Counted from the stretch's first letter, positions 8,601 to 17,230 are shown. The stretch: 31,236 bases of DNA from Fibrobacteria bacterium (GCA_037447435.1 JBBIGR010000051.1:1-31236), one strand, 5' to 3'. The notes: generated from the letters alone by a model not told the origin. Numbers and translations: made by a program.

Positions 8601-10353
8601 AGGGATATGTCTCATCGTATCCGGCCGCTCCGGAACAAGACGGGTAGTGTCCGGAATTTTGCGGAATAATATTATTCGTCGCGTCGCCGCCGGCAGGCGG
8701 ATTACGCTTGAACGAGAGGTTGCCCTTTACCGTGCGTAAAATGGACAATAAGTCATATCGATAGCTTATCGTGCTTGTACCGGTCGTCGACGGAGCGCGG
8801 CCTTTCAGTTTATTGAACGCGCTGTCCAGCGTGTTCCAGATTTGCTGGCGTTGCGGTATGCAATTCGTGGCAGTGGGATCGTAAAAATGCAATAACAAAC
8901 CGCCGGTACCTTGTGCGGCCACGGTACCGTTATCGCCGAAAAACGCCGCCATAAGCTGCGGCTCGGTGATGCGGTAGTCGAGCATTTTGATCGCCGCGTT
9001 GGTTTGCGAGGCACGGGACGCATCGATAAGATTCTGCACACCCGTCAACATGTCCGCCGTATAATTATTGTTCGCAGGGAACAAATTCCTCGCAGCCGGA
9101 GCGGCAAGATTGCACGTAGCCGCGTAGGTGTTCGAATTCAACCGCGCGGCGACATTGGTAACGGTGGAATTTCCGATATTGTAAACCATTACCATTGCCG
9201 CAAGTCCCATATACGGATCTCTCGCGGCCGCAAGCGCCTGCTTCCAGCAAATGTCGGTACAATAGGAAAAAACATCGTAATTGGTATACTGAACAAGCAC
9301 CGAAAACACCATGCAGTTCATGATACTGGCGCTCCCGATCGGCGCCGTGAGTCCGCAATAATAATCCATGAATGCAAACGCCGTCAAAAACGGGCTGCTC
9401 CCGACATCCTTGGCAGCGGCAAGCTGGGCCGTATACTTTGGAAAAAAACTCGGATAAGTCAACGCCCGGTCGGCACCTGTGGGGAATTCCACTTGCCAAG
9501 GGCCATAACCCGAGGAATGCGCCGTGTTGGGGTTATAGGTAACATTGATGCCTTGCGTGCTCTTGACGCCTGCATTGTTTTCCTTGATGCCCATGGCTGC
9601 CATCCATTGCATATCGGCATGAAAATATTCCTGTCCGCAAGCCAAGGTCATCCAATACATGGGGCCGTTTGTCGCCGAAGTGTCGAAATTGATGCCCGGA
9701 TTATTCAGTGTAAAAGGATTTGGCGGAATGGGAAACAAAAGCTGGGTTTCGGCTTTTCCGTCGTTGCGATTATACCAGGTATCGATAAACCCGCCCGAGT
9801 ACCTTCCGCCGTTGACGCCCAGACTGTCGACGTAATCGTATCGGTAGGCGGCATTGTAAAAACCCGGCAATGCCAAAAGGCTATCCAATTGCTTAAGCGT
9901 AATAGGGCTTGCGTCGGTCGGTTCGTCCGGCACTCCGGGAGAGCCGGTATGCAACAAAACATACATATCGGGATAGGCGGAACCCGTATCGGTGTTCCAT
10001 GACCTCCTGAATGTCGTGGTAACGCCGGGGGAAAGTTTCGATCCCGACGGCGCGTCGATACCCTGCGCAACGGATTTAAAATAGAGGTCCTGCCGGATTC
10101 TTCCCCCGACATTGGCGTTGGTCATTGTCCAACCGGCGCCTTCCCCATCTTGAACAGATGTCCAAATAACACCGTTATCGTAAAACCGGATACCACCTAT
10201 TTTCCAGGATAACGGAGTTGCGTTGGTCATTGAAAAGCTGTCGCAATTGACGCCTACTTTTACCGATACATCGGCAAAAATGTTTGTATTGAGAAAAAGG
10301 AAAATGAATGCTATGAAAAATGCAGCTTCCTTCACGATGTTTTTAGAAGCCAT
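5695..10353 (-). CDS. Large secreted multidomain protein (1552 aa): putative lysozyme-like catalytic domain, tandem Ig-like repeats, FlgD-Ig/type-B CTD-like C-terminus
   Basis: Signal peptide; GIKE...GYGPWQ...VYNIG motif order; two ~214-aa repeats; C-terminal NPFSP...IYDAVGN...WDGNNRRNARVAPGNY. The CDS is solid, the function is inferred. Confidence 0.75.
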   Translation of the reverse strand: MASKNIVKEAAFFIAFIFLFLNTNIFADVSVKVGVNCDSFSMTNATPLSWKIGGIRFYDNGVIWTSVQDGEGAGWTMTNANVGGRIRQDLYFKSVAQGIDAPSGSKLSPGVTTTFRRSWNTDTGSAYPDMYVLLHTGSPGVPDEPTDASPITLKQLDSLLALPGFYNAAYRYDYVDSLGVNGGRYSGGFIDTWYNRNDGKAETQLLFPIPPNPFTLNNPGINFDTSATNGPMYWMTLACGQEYFHADMQWMAAMGIKENNAGVKSTQGINVTYNPNTAHSSGYGPWQVEFPTGADRALTYPSFFPKYTAQLAAAKDVGSSPFLTAFAFMDYYCGLTAPIGSASIMNCMVFSVLVQYTNYDVFSYCTDICWKQALAAARDPYMGLAAMVMVYNIGNSTVTNVAARLNSNTYAATCNLAAPAARNLFPANNNYTADMLTGVQNLIDASRASQTNAAIKMLDYRITEPQLMAAFFGDNGTVAAQGTGGLLLHFYDPTATNCIPQRQQIWNTLDSAFNKLKGRAPSTTGTSTISYRYDLLSILRTVKGNLSFKRNPPAGGDATNNIIPQNSGHYPSCSGAAGYDETYPYPTTTMTILQNGNVTAVTTVTDETQAKSVKWTMDYKWGIWNDATPVDTTSQTNRTFSFTALKSDIDLYKLQPDGYSGKYFWIMSTDASGNSTVQKVAIAGIKYPTLDSAIIQDVNGDGWGDKITAYVTKAASDSADPVGAFNAFQYSWPNQTNLVQAVKANVIATATTLTYTDQTLAAGAGLGSVVLDYPSKTGISTNLFDRVGPALATAISRATLAITVPDTLVIGITEPIKNLTQQAGTAYLNFKPAGVPTKTAVPSTAIVKQGNTGASWLFILPPGTIAQYDSVNFVNTTGQIFDTVGNPPLAINRMVKIQKTGGKYPSLDSAIIQDANGDGLGDKITAYMTKSNADGADSLNNFTSFKYSWPTQSSLITANKSTVIVAANTLTYSDQALTAGSGLGLLVLDYPSLTGITAAIKDRVGPALTTALSKATKNASVPETLLVATTEPLKNLSPVKIPILNFKSANGAGKTAIAATTIISQGSAGNAWMFILPGGSLAPYDSVNFVSTSAQVFDTVGNPPLDINRMVKIQKQSFVVTLKEMRLTAIPNTGTIAAGDSVVFTAHVFDDTGGVRPEYDAQIAWPQLTPAGTRSSLRTQTGTKNTFYGIDAYRTYAVKAQFTDPANPSNPLSAALGVNVVWGKETRVVIEPDTFSNLNNANPDTLVAMDPTANSDTVYAVVRDAYGNFCRRATAAQWASVDAGVASVNGAVAAKSTGIILRQSFGSTYVIASEPALQSDSVRVVIAKAELTALRLINAGTGDTIRSIAMKDDQQIPIKAIGTMSNAPGTWTTVASSWTLNPATIGLAIPLPFGPDTAWRLSPLSAGQTNLTVTSGAKSITVPVKVTSSIKVTATIACDNPFSPGISQIPAAKRNTNDPAFGTRIEVKLSAPPVDNAGTVLFVGNVTIYDAVGNCIADKKEMKPDQAALYVIWDGNNRRNARVAPGNYLGKIELINKTDNTSIIVKTIIGVR
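7009..8298 (-). repeat. Intragenic tandem duplication, two units (8298-7657 and 7647-7009)
   Basis: Both units begin KYP[TS]LDSAIIQD[VA]NGDG.GDKITAY and end FDTVGNPPL.INRMVKIQK; 651-bp period. Confidence 0.95.
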
Positions 10354-10517
10354 TGTTTTTTCCCGATTCGTGGTTTAAGCTTTTAAATTGCCGATCAAAA
10401 GAGCCGCACGGCAAAAATCAAATTATGAAAATGCGAATTATGCCAATAATATATGGTAAGAAAACAAGCCGGTATTTGCAATAGCAGTTGATTTAATTAT
10501 CATTTTTCGAAAAACAG

Positions 10518-12056
10518 CTATTTTTTGCTAAAAGGACCTTTATCCTGGGCCTTGATTTTTTGCAAAATTTCGGTCCGATGCTTTTTGGTGTATTGAAGAT
10601 AGCCGTGAAATGAAGTCACGAATAGAAGATATTCGACCGCAACGCCCGGTGTCGTAACCCGCTTTCGAACCAGTTTGAAAAGGTCGCCGACCAATTGCCT
10701 TGCGTTTTTATCCCGTGTCAAAACACATTTGCGGATTAAATGGAAAACGGAAAGGATTTTCTCACGAAGGTTAATTTCGCCTTCATTGAATTTCTGAAAC
10801 GCCCCTGTTTCAAGAACCGGAATGATTTTTTTCCGAACGTTTTGGAAATCGAACATTTTTTCCAAAGTCTCGAAGTATTTGTAAAAAAGATCGGTTTGCG
10901 ACATGGTATTGTATTGCATGGTCGGAAAGATGCCGTTGAGCATATCCGGATCGATATTTGCGATACGGCCGGCTTCAAGCATTCGCGCATATAAATCAGT
11001 GCCCGGATAGGCCGTCAGCACGTTCAGCATAATATAAGAAATATTATTGCGCTCGGTAAACTCATACACCCGGTCGAACGATTCCAGATCGTCGGCCTCG
11101 AATCCCACGATAAAGGACCCGACGACATGGATGCCGACGCCGTGTATTTTTTTTACCGCGTCTTCATATTGATTGATGCGATTATGGAACTTGTGCGTTT
11201 CCTGCAGGCTGTTGGGGTTTACGGATTCAAAACCGATCAGGATAGAGGTGCACCCGGCATCGGCCATGTCTTTTAAAAGTTGCGCGTCGTTTGCCACGTC
11301 GAGACTCGCCTGGCAAAGCCAGGACACCCCAAGGGGTTTGAGCCGTTTCATGAGCTCCCGCGCATACGGTTTATTTGCCGTCAGGTTATCGTCGACAAAT
11401 GAAATTTGCCTTTTAGGAAGACTTTTTATTTCGTCTATGACATTTTCGATATCGCGATAGCGGTGTCGCTCGCCGAACATGTTTTTCACCAGGCAGAAAT
11501 CGCATTTATACGGGCACCCGCGGGATACCTGCACACCGAGGGCCATGACTTTTTCCGTTGCGACAAGGTCCCAGCGGGGCATGGGGCTGACCGTGAAAAC
11601 CGGCCTTTGAGCGGCAACATATTTTTTTTGAAGCGTGCCTGCTTCAAAATCCCGCAAACAAACATCCCATACGCCCTCGGCTTCGCCAAGCACAAGCGCA
11701 TCGGCATGCGCTAACGATTCTTCGGCATTAAACGTTACCTGCGCTCCTCCCATGACCACGGGAATTCCCTTTGCGCGAAACGCGTCGGCTATTTCGTATC
11801 CCCTCTTGACATTTGGAATAATCGCGGTGATCCCGACAATATCGGGATTATGGCGGGTTATATCCAAATCCTGAATTTCCTCATCGATGATCGTAATGTC
11901 GTAGTTTTTAGGCGTAAGGGCCGCCACGGTGGGCAACGCAAGCGGCGAAACCGCATTTTTTTTGCCCATGATTTCACAGATTTCTTTCAGATCCCAATGA
12001 TACCGGTATTTACGACGCGGATTTATCAGAAGAAGGGAATATCGCTTATCGGGCAC
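10518..12056 (-). CDS. B12-binding domain radical SAM protein
   Basis: N-terminal cobalamin-binding-type domain (PLALPTVAALTP, VVMGGAQVT, LVLGEAE); SRGCPYKCDFC CxxxCxxC; FVDDN, IGFES, GSFIVGF, YPGTDLY. Confidence 0.92.
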   Translation of the reverse strand: MPDKRYSLLLINPRRKYRYHWDLKEICEIMGKKNAVSPLALPTVAALTPKNYDITIIDEEIQDLDITRHNPDIVGITAIIPNVKRGYEIADAFRAKGIPVVMGGAQVTFNAEESLAHADALVLGEAEGVWDVCLRDFEAGTLQKKYVAAQRPVFTVSPMPRWDLVATEKVMALGVQVSRGCPYKCDFCLVKNMFGERHRYRDIENVIDEIKSLPKRQISFVDDNLTANKPYARELMKRLKPLGVSWLCQASLDVANDAQLLKDMADAGCTSILIGFESVNPNSLQETHKFHNRINQYEDAVKKIHGVGIHVVGSFIVGFEADDLESFDRVYEFTERNNISYIMLNVLTAYPGTDLYARMLEAGRIANIDPDMLNGIFPTMQYNTMSQTDLFYKYFETLEKMFDFQNVRKKIIPVLETGAFQKFNEGEINLREKILSVFHLIRKCVLTRDKNARQLVGDLFKLVRKRVTTPGVAVEYLLFVTSFHGYLQYTKKHRTEILQKIKAQDKGPFSKK

Positions 12057-12085
12057 GACTCAATGGCTCCAAGGAAATTGTGAAG

Positions 12086-12117
12086 AAAAACCGCACGGTT
12101 TTTTAACCATGCGGTTT
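12086..12117 (-). terminator. Intrinsic terminator downstream of FKBP gene
   Basis: Minus strand AAACCGCATGGTT-AAAA-AACCGTGCGGTTT followed by TTCTT. Confidence 0.7.
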
Positions 12118-12152
12118 GGTTTGTTTAAAACGGCAAAGCTTTTTTTTAAAAA

Positions 12153-12623
12153 TCAGAAATCAAGCAGTTCGACTTCGAAAACCAGTGTCGAATTCGGTGG
12201 AATCGGTCCTGCGCCGCCTTCACCGTAACCGAGTTTCGGCGGAACTATAAGAACGCATTTCTCGCCTTTTGACATAAGCAATAAACCTTCGTCCCACCCT
12301 TTGATTACCTGCCCCGTACCAACGGCAAAGCTGAACGGTTCGCCGCGGGGAATGGAACTGTCGAACACCTTACCATCCAGGAATTTGCCCGTGTAGTGAA
12401 CTTTGATCGTTTGCCCGGCTTTGGGTTTGACGCCGTTTCCCTTTTTGACAACGACGTATTTCAAGCCCGACGCGGTGGTAATCGTATCGGAAGCCGATTT
12501 AGCGGCCTTTTTAGCGACGGTTGCTTTCTTGGCTTTAGGCGCGGATACGGAATCGGACGTTTCGGCTGCCATAACTCCTCCACAAATGATTGCTGCGCTC
12601 AGGGCGCAAATGGCGAATTTCAT
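12153..12623 (-). CDS. FKBP-type peptidyl-prolyl cis-trans isomerase, exported
   Basis: [58 protein letters not shown] before ATG 12623; signal peptide. Confidence 0.95.
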   Translation of the reverse strand: MKFAICALSAAIICGGVMAAETSDSVSAPKAKKATVAKKAAKSASDTITTASGLKYVVVKKGNGVKPKAGQTIKVHYTGKFLDGKVFDSSIPRGEPFSFAVGTGQVIKGWDEGLLLMSKGEKCVLIVPPKLGYGEGGAGPIPPNSTLVFEVELLDF

Positions 12624-12688
12624 TGGTAAATCTCCTTTGGGAAACATGGTTAATACATAAATTAACTAATTATTTTCAAGACCCTGCA

Positions 12689-13318
12689 TTATTTCTTGGT
12701 GCTGTCTTTTGGCGCAAGGGGCGAAGGCTTCGAAGTTGTCGCCGGCGTTGCTTCGACAATGGTCGCCTTGGTAATTTCGATAGGCGTTATCGGCACATTT
12801 TGATACATGCCTTCGTTTTTCGTCGCAACGCTTTCGATTGCCTTAACCGTGCTCATACCGCCGACGACTTTCCCGAATACGCAATAGCCCCAGCCGTCGG
12901 GATCCTTACTGCGGAAGTTAAGGCCGACATTGTTGACGGTATTGATGAAAAATTGCGCGGTTGCGGAATTAGGATCCATGGTGCGCGCCATTGCGATGGT
13001 TCCGATTTCGTTTTTCAAACCATTGTCGGCTTCATTGGCAACGGGCGGACGCGTCGACTTTTCACTCATGTCGGCCTTCATTCCGCCGCCCTGAATCATA
13101 AACCCTTTTATCACCCGGTGAAACACGGTACCGTTATAATGCCCGTCTTTGACATATTGTAAGAAATTCGCAACTGTTTTAGGAGCAGCTTGCGCATTGA
13201 GTTCGACGAGGATGACGCCGCTCGTCGTTTCGAATTTGACTTTGGGGTTTGCTGCATTTGCAGATACGACTGTGGAAAAAACCAATGCGGCGACAATCGA
13301 TACGATAGTGTTTTTCAC
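12689..13318 (-). CDS. ppiA: Cyclophilin-type peptidyl-prolyl cis-trans isomerase, exported (PpiA-like)
   Basis: APKTVANFLQY, FHRVIKGFMIQGGG, GTIAMART, SATAQFFIN, GYCVFGKV; signal peptide; GGAGG RBS. Confidence 0.93.
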   Translation of the reverse strand: MKNTIVSIVAALVFSTVVSANAANPKVKFETTSGVILVELNAQAAPKTVANFLQYVKDGHYNGTVFHRVIKGFMIQGGGMKADMSEKSTRPPVANEADNGLKNEIGTIAMARTMDPNSATAQFFINTVNNVGLNFRSKDPDGWGYCVFGKVVGGMSTVKAIESVATKNEGMYQNVPITPIEITKATIVEATPATTSKPSPLAPKDSTKK

Positions 13319-13339
13319 GGAAGCCTCCTATGAGGAATG

Positions 13340-13411
13340 ATTAAAAATTAAAAATTAAAAATTGAGAATTCAAGTCTGCAATATCTTTACTCTTTACTCT
13401 TGAATCTTGAA
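13340..13411. repeat. Heptamer tandem repeats in opposite orientations
   Basis: ATTAAAA x3, ATTGAGA, ATTCAAG (13340-13374), then TCTTTAC x2, TCTTGAA x2 (13384-13411). Confidence 0.8.
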
Positions 13412-13415
13412 TCAA

Positions 13416-13700
13416 TTAATCCCATTTAAACGGCGATTCGTAATCGCCTTGAATTTCGTCGGGTTTCTCTTTTGCAACCTTGAATTTCGCTTCTATTTCG
13501 GCTTTGCGTTTTGCTTTTTCTTCCTGGGCTTTTTTAAATTTATCTTCCCAGCCTGAGCTTTTTTCCTTTTGTTGTTTGACAAAGTCGCCGAAATCGGTTT
13601 TTTGATGATCTGAAGACTTGTGGTCCACGACTTTTCCCGTTGACTGGTCTATCCAGAGTGTGCCCTTGCAAAGCGGGCATTTGACTTCGAAGAGACTCAT
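13416..13700 (-). CDS. Small hypothetical protein with N-terminal CxxC knuckle and coiled-coil tail
   Basis: 94 aa; EVKCPLCKGTLWID; Lys/Glu-rich helix; AAAGGAAA RBS. Confidence 0.8.
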   Translation of the reverse strand: MSLFEVKCPLCKGTLWIDQSTGKVVDHKSSDHQKTDFGDFVKQQKEKSSGWEDKFKKAQEEKAKRKAEIEAKFKVAKEKPDEIQGDYESPFKWD

Positions 13701-13891
13701 ATAATTTTCCTTTCGAACCCAAACAATTGTTGTCTGCTTTTTGTACTAATTCCGGTCACTACCAAATAAAATAACTTAGAATATTTTTTAAAATCGAACA
13801 TTTTTTTTGAATTTTGAATTGCCTCAAATATTAAATTCTATGATGCTTAAAGGTGTGGGACAGTTCTCTTTCTCGTTTTTTTACTTTTCCA

Positions 13892-14758
13892 ATGGCAAAC
13901 ATGCAAAATCAACTTGAATTACCATTTGAAGGTTTCAAGCAATTTGTTGCGGCTCCGCTTGAACAAAGCGATCCGATATCCTTTGAACGGATAAAAACGA
14001 TTTTCCTTGAAATTCCCCAAAGTCCAAGCGATCCGTTTCGATTGCTCATACAAAGGCTGACCGGGAAATCGTATCGGGGAAAAGAAGCCAGAGATCATTG
14101 GCAGCGCATTATTCTCCATAAAGAAGATATGCAGGCCAAGCTCGGTCGTACGGTGGGCATTTTGGTTTCGGCACTGGATTACTTTGATTCAATAACCGGA
14201 AGCAAGCCGGACAACTCGCAACTTTCCACGCTCAATGCGTTGCAGCCGCTTTCGGCCGGCGTAAACCGTGAAGAATGGATAAACCGGGTATATGCGCCGG
14301 GCTATCATATTGAAAAGCTCAAGGAAGAAATGTTACGTGCAAAACGATATAAGCATGCGCTGTCGTTACTATTGCTTGATGTTGATGACTTCCATACTAT
14401 AAATCAGGATTTTTCGTTCAAAATCGGCGACGAGCTATTAACCGTAATTGTTAAAATCATAAAGAAAACCATTAGGGCCGTTGATATCGTCTCGCGATAT
14501 TGCGGCGACCGGTTCCTCATCATTCTCCCTTATACCAACAAACGCGAAGCTGCCGAACTTGCCAACAGACTTCGCCAAATTATTGCGGAAAGAACCAAGC
14601 GCATCGATGGCTTGACAAAAGGCGTGACAGTCACCCTATCGGTCGGCCAATCGTCAAAAGACGCAAAATCCCCGGAACTCTTGAAATTTTTGGAAAATAC
14701 CCTGGAAGAAGGCAAGAAAAAAGCCAGGAACAGCGTTCATATCTGCGAAACCTGTTAA
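13892..14758 (+). CDS. GGDEF-domain protein with degenerate active site
   Basis: EEMLRAKRY..LSLLLLDVDDF, IRAVDIVSRYCGDRFLIILP, VTLSVG; start uncertain (13853/13892/13901). Confidence 0.85.
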   Translation: MANMQNQLELPFEGFKQFVAAPLEQSDPISFERIKTIFLEIPQSPSDPFRLLIQRLTGKSYRGKEARDHWQRIILHKEDMQAKLGRTVGILVSALDYFDSITGSKPDNSQLSTLNALQPLSAGVNREEWINRVYAPGYHIEKLKEEMLRAKRYKHALSLLLLDVDDFHTINQDFSFKIGDELLTVIVKIIKKTIRAVDIVSRYCGDRFLIILPYTNKREAAELANRLRQIIAERTKRIDGLTKGVTVTLSVGQSSKDAKSPELLKFLENTLEEGKKKARNSVHICETC

Positions 14759-14879
14759 TTATTGTAAAAAAACCGCAATAGATTATTTCAGGGCCAATAC
14801 TACTTTTTCTTGGTCGGCTTATTTGATTTTGATTATATTTGATTATCATAATTTTCTCTTTCACCAATGGCGGTAGAAT

Positions 14880-15224
14880 ATGGATATCGGCGGACGTGAG
14901 AGCAATAAATTCAGTGTGATCGATGTTGTTGGAAAAATCGACAGACTGAAAGACTCGATAATCCTCAAATCTTATATCAACACATTGCTCGAAAAGAACA
15001 ATACCAAAATAGCGCTTAACCTTTCTCAAGTCACCTATTTGGACAGCGGCGCATTAAACGTACTCATTTACTGCCACAACACCTTAAAAAAACGCGACGG
15101 TGTACTTGTTATAATAGAGCCAAACGAATATGTCAAAGACGTTTTGGACGTCGTGGGCCTCAACAAGCTGGTCAAAATCTATTCGACCGAGGAGGAATTT
15201 GAAAATGAATCGAAACATGCTTAA
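14880..15224 (+). CDS. STAS-domain anti-sigma factor antagonist
   Basis: 114 aa; IALNLSQVTYLDSGALNVL, VKDVLDVVGL, IYSTEEE. Confidence 0.9.
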   Translation: MDIGGRESNKFSVIDVVGKIDRLKDSIILKSYINTLLEKNNTKIALNLSQVTYLDSGALNVLIYCHNTLKKRDGVLVIIEPNEYVKDVLDVVGLNKLVKIYSTEEEFENESKHA

Positions 15225-15552
15225 AGCAATTGCCTGCGCCGTTGCACTTTGCTTTTTTGCCGGATGCTTCATGGAACCGTTCATCAAACCAAAGCAGGAA
15301 GACATCGATGTGTACGTACAAGCGCATCCCGACCTTCCCGACCTTGACAAGCAATGCATATACGACGGCAGGTTCGAAATCGGAATGAAAGTGGAAACCC
15401 TTGAATTTTTGCTTCATAAACCGGATAAACTCGAAGTTGTCAAGCAACCGTGGGCAACCCAGGAAAACTGGATTTATAATAAAAACGGCAAAAAAACGTT
15501 TATTATCGAAGAAAAGCATGTTGTCGGAATTCTTGAAACTGCAAAAAAATAA
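15205..15552 (+). CDS. Small lipoprotein (SmpA/BamE-like fold possible)
   Basis: GGAGG RBS; lipobox FAGC; 'IGMKVE...LL..P......E.WIY' pattern. Confidence 0.7.
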   Translation: MNRNMLKAIACAVALCFFAGCFMEPFIKPKQEDIDVYVQAHPDLPDLDKQCIYDGRFEIGMKVETLEFLLHKPDKLEVVKQPWATQENWIYNKNGKKTFIIEEKHVVGILETAKK

Positions 15553-15575
15553 CGTCACCATGGTTTAAGACAGTG

Positions 15576-15606
15576 AAAAGGCGGGAATTATGTCCCGCCT
15601 TTTTTT
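15576..15606 (+). terminator. Intrinsic terminator
   Basis: AAAAGGCGGGA-ATTATG-TCCCGCCTTTT then further Ts. Confidence 0.9.
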
Positions 15607-15722
15607 ATGGAGCAAAACAGTTTATCTAAATGGCCTTGGACCTAAAACCACTTAAGCAATATCCTAAAACTTGGGCTGTCGAACAATTCAAATCAGCCTA
15701 GTACAATGGATAAAGGAAAGAA

Positions 15723-16349
15723 ATGCACATCCATATCGTCGATATTATTGCGTCGGCATTGGCGTTACTCTTCATAATACTCGGGTTAAAGCGCGGATTT
15801 GTCGAAGAAGCCATACGCCTTGGCGGCATTGTCATTGCTTTTTTCGCCGGACTCGGATTTTACAAACAACTTGCCGTCCATTTGACATTTCTTAAGCTTT
15901 CGGGTTCCATAGTGTCGGTCATTTCATTTCTTTTGATTTTTTTAGTAAGCCTTTTGGTCATTATTCTGCTCGGAATGCTCATTAGGAAAATCATTCATCT
16001 TACCGTACTTGGGTGGGTAGACAGAATTTGCGGCGGAATCGTGGGTTTTTTCAAAGCGTTTTTTCTCGTTTGGATCGTCATTATTTCAATAGCTTCTTTG
16101 CCCATTGAGAAAATCAAACTCTGGGCATCACCCTCGATCACGTATTCCTTTTTCATGGCCATTTCTCCGACGCTGAAAATTTACGGACTCACACCGAGCG
16201 TCGGGCCGGTGCAAAACATTCTGAAAGCAAATCCGTTACCCTCGCTGATGGATGCCTATAATAAGTCTATTGACAAAAAAAACACATCCGAAGAACCGAA
16301 AGAAACGCAAAAAAACAAAAAGCAAACGCAGCCGCCTAAAGGGAAATAA
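15723..16349 (+). CDS. cvpA: CvpA family (colicin V production) membrane protein
   Basis: DII...GLKRGFVEE, LGWVDRICGGIVGFFKA; four TM segments. Confidence 0.88.
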   Translation: MHIHIVDIIASALALLFIILGLKRGFVEEAIRLGGIVIAFFAGLGFYKQLAVHLTFLKLSGSIVSVISFLLIFLVSLLVIILLGMLIRKIIHLTVLGWVDRICGGIVGFFKAFFLVWIVIISIASLPIEKIKLWASPSITYSFFMAISPTLKIYGLTPSVGPVQNILKANPLPSLMDAYNKSIDKKNTSEEPKETQKNKKQTQPPKGK

Positions 16350-16356
16350 GCCCGGA

Positions 16357-17178
16357 ATGGACATGTTTTTTATAATCGTCGCCGGCCTGTTCGGACTGAT
16401 ATTCGGTTCGTTTTTCAATGTTGTGATACTCCGTTTGCCGAAAAAAGAGTCCCTGGGTTTTCCCGCATCGCATTGTCCTCATTGTAAACGCCCTATAAAA
16501 CCGTGGGAAAACATTCCCGTGTTCAGCTTTGTATTTTTAGGAGGGAAATGCGCAGGATGTAAAGGTCCCATCTCGATTATGTACCCGATAGTCGAGGCTT
16601 TAACAGGGATTTGCGGCATAGTACTTTATCTGTTTTTTATTATTCCGCACAGCGCCCTCGGGCTTATGCCATGGCAAACGGTTACCCTTTGTTTCCAAAC
16701 AATAGTGTTATTGCTGCTTATTCCCATATCCTTTATAGATATGCGGCACTTCATAATACCGGACATACTGACGCTTCCCGGGCTGGTGCTCGGTATCATG
16801 ATTTCTTTTCTTCCCGGCCCGCCGTCGCCCCTTCAATGCCTTTTAGGAATAGCTGCGGGAGGAGGCTCATTGTTTTTAATAGGTTATCTCGGCGAATTGG
16901 TTTTCAAAAAAGGCGAGGCTATGGGCGGCGGCGACGTCAAACTCATGGCATTGTGCGGCGCCTTTTTCGGATGGGAAATTAGCTTTATAGCGATTTTTAT
17001 CGCCGCTCTGGTAGGCTCTCTGTACGGCATCATTCTCTTTTTCAAAGGAACATTGTCGTCACAAAACAATAAAATTCCCTTTGGCCCCTTTCTTGCCATC
17101 GGCATTTGGATGAGCGTACTCTGGGGAAACGTGTTGATTCATGCATATATCGGGCAAATGGACAACTTGTTTGGATAA
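16357..17178 (+). CDS. pilD: Prepilin peptidase/N-methyltransferase (A24)
   Basis: GSFFNVVILRLP, SHCPHC...ENIPV...GKCAGC, IDMRHFIIPD, MGGGDVKL, IPFGPFLA. Confidence 0.95.
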   Translation: MDMFFIIVAGLFGLIFGSFFNVVILRLPKKESLGFPASHCPHCKRPIKPWENIPVFSFVFLGGKCAGCKGPISIMYPIVEALTGICGIVLYLFFIIPHSALGLMPWQTVTLCFQTIVLLLLIPISFIDMRHFIIPDILTLPGLVLGIMISFLPGPPSPLQCLLGIAAGGGSLFLIGYLGELVFKKGEAMGGGDVKLMALCGAFFGWEISFIAIFIAALVGSLYGIILFFKGTLSSQNNKIPFGPFLAIGIWMSVLWGNVLIHAYIGQMDNLFG

Positions 17179-17230
17179 GAAACCCCGCCGGCCGTAGGTC
17201 GCCGCCTCCCCGATTGCGGAGAAGGACTTT

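Noticed and set aside
8911..10002. 363-aa plus-strand ORF antisense to the giant protein
   Set aside because: Arg/His/Ile-rich shadow frame with no motifs; explained by codon bias of the real gene
10431..10446. TGGCA...GC sigma54-like site upstream of the giant gene
   Set aside because: GG-to-GC spacing is 8, not 10
10518..12056. Radical SAM as a RiPP maturase or HpnP
   Set aside because: No precursor peptide, SPASM motif or hopanoid genes nearby; the specific function cannot be supported
13340..13411. CRISPR or mini-array interpretation of the repeats
   Set aside because: 7-bp units without spacers; no cas genes
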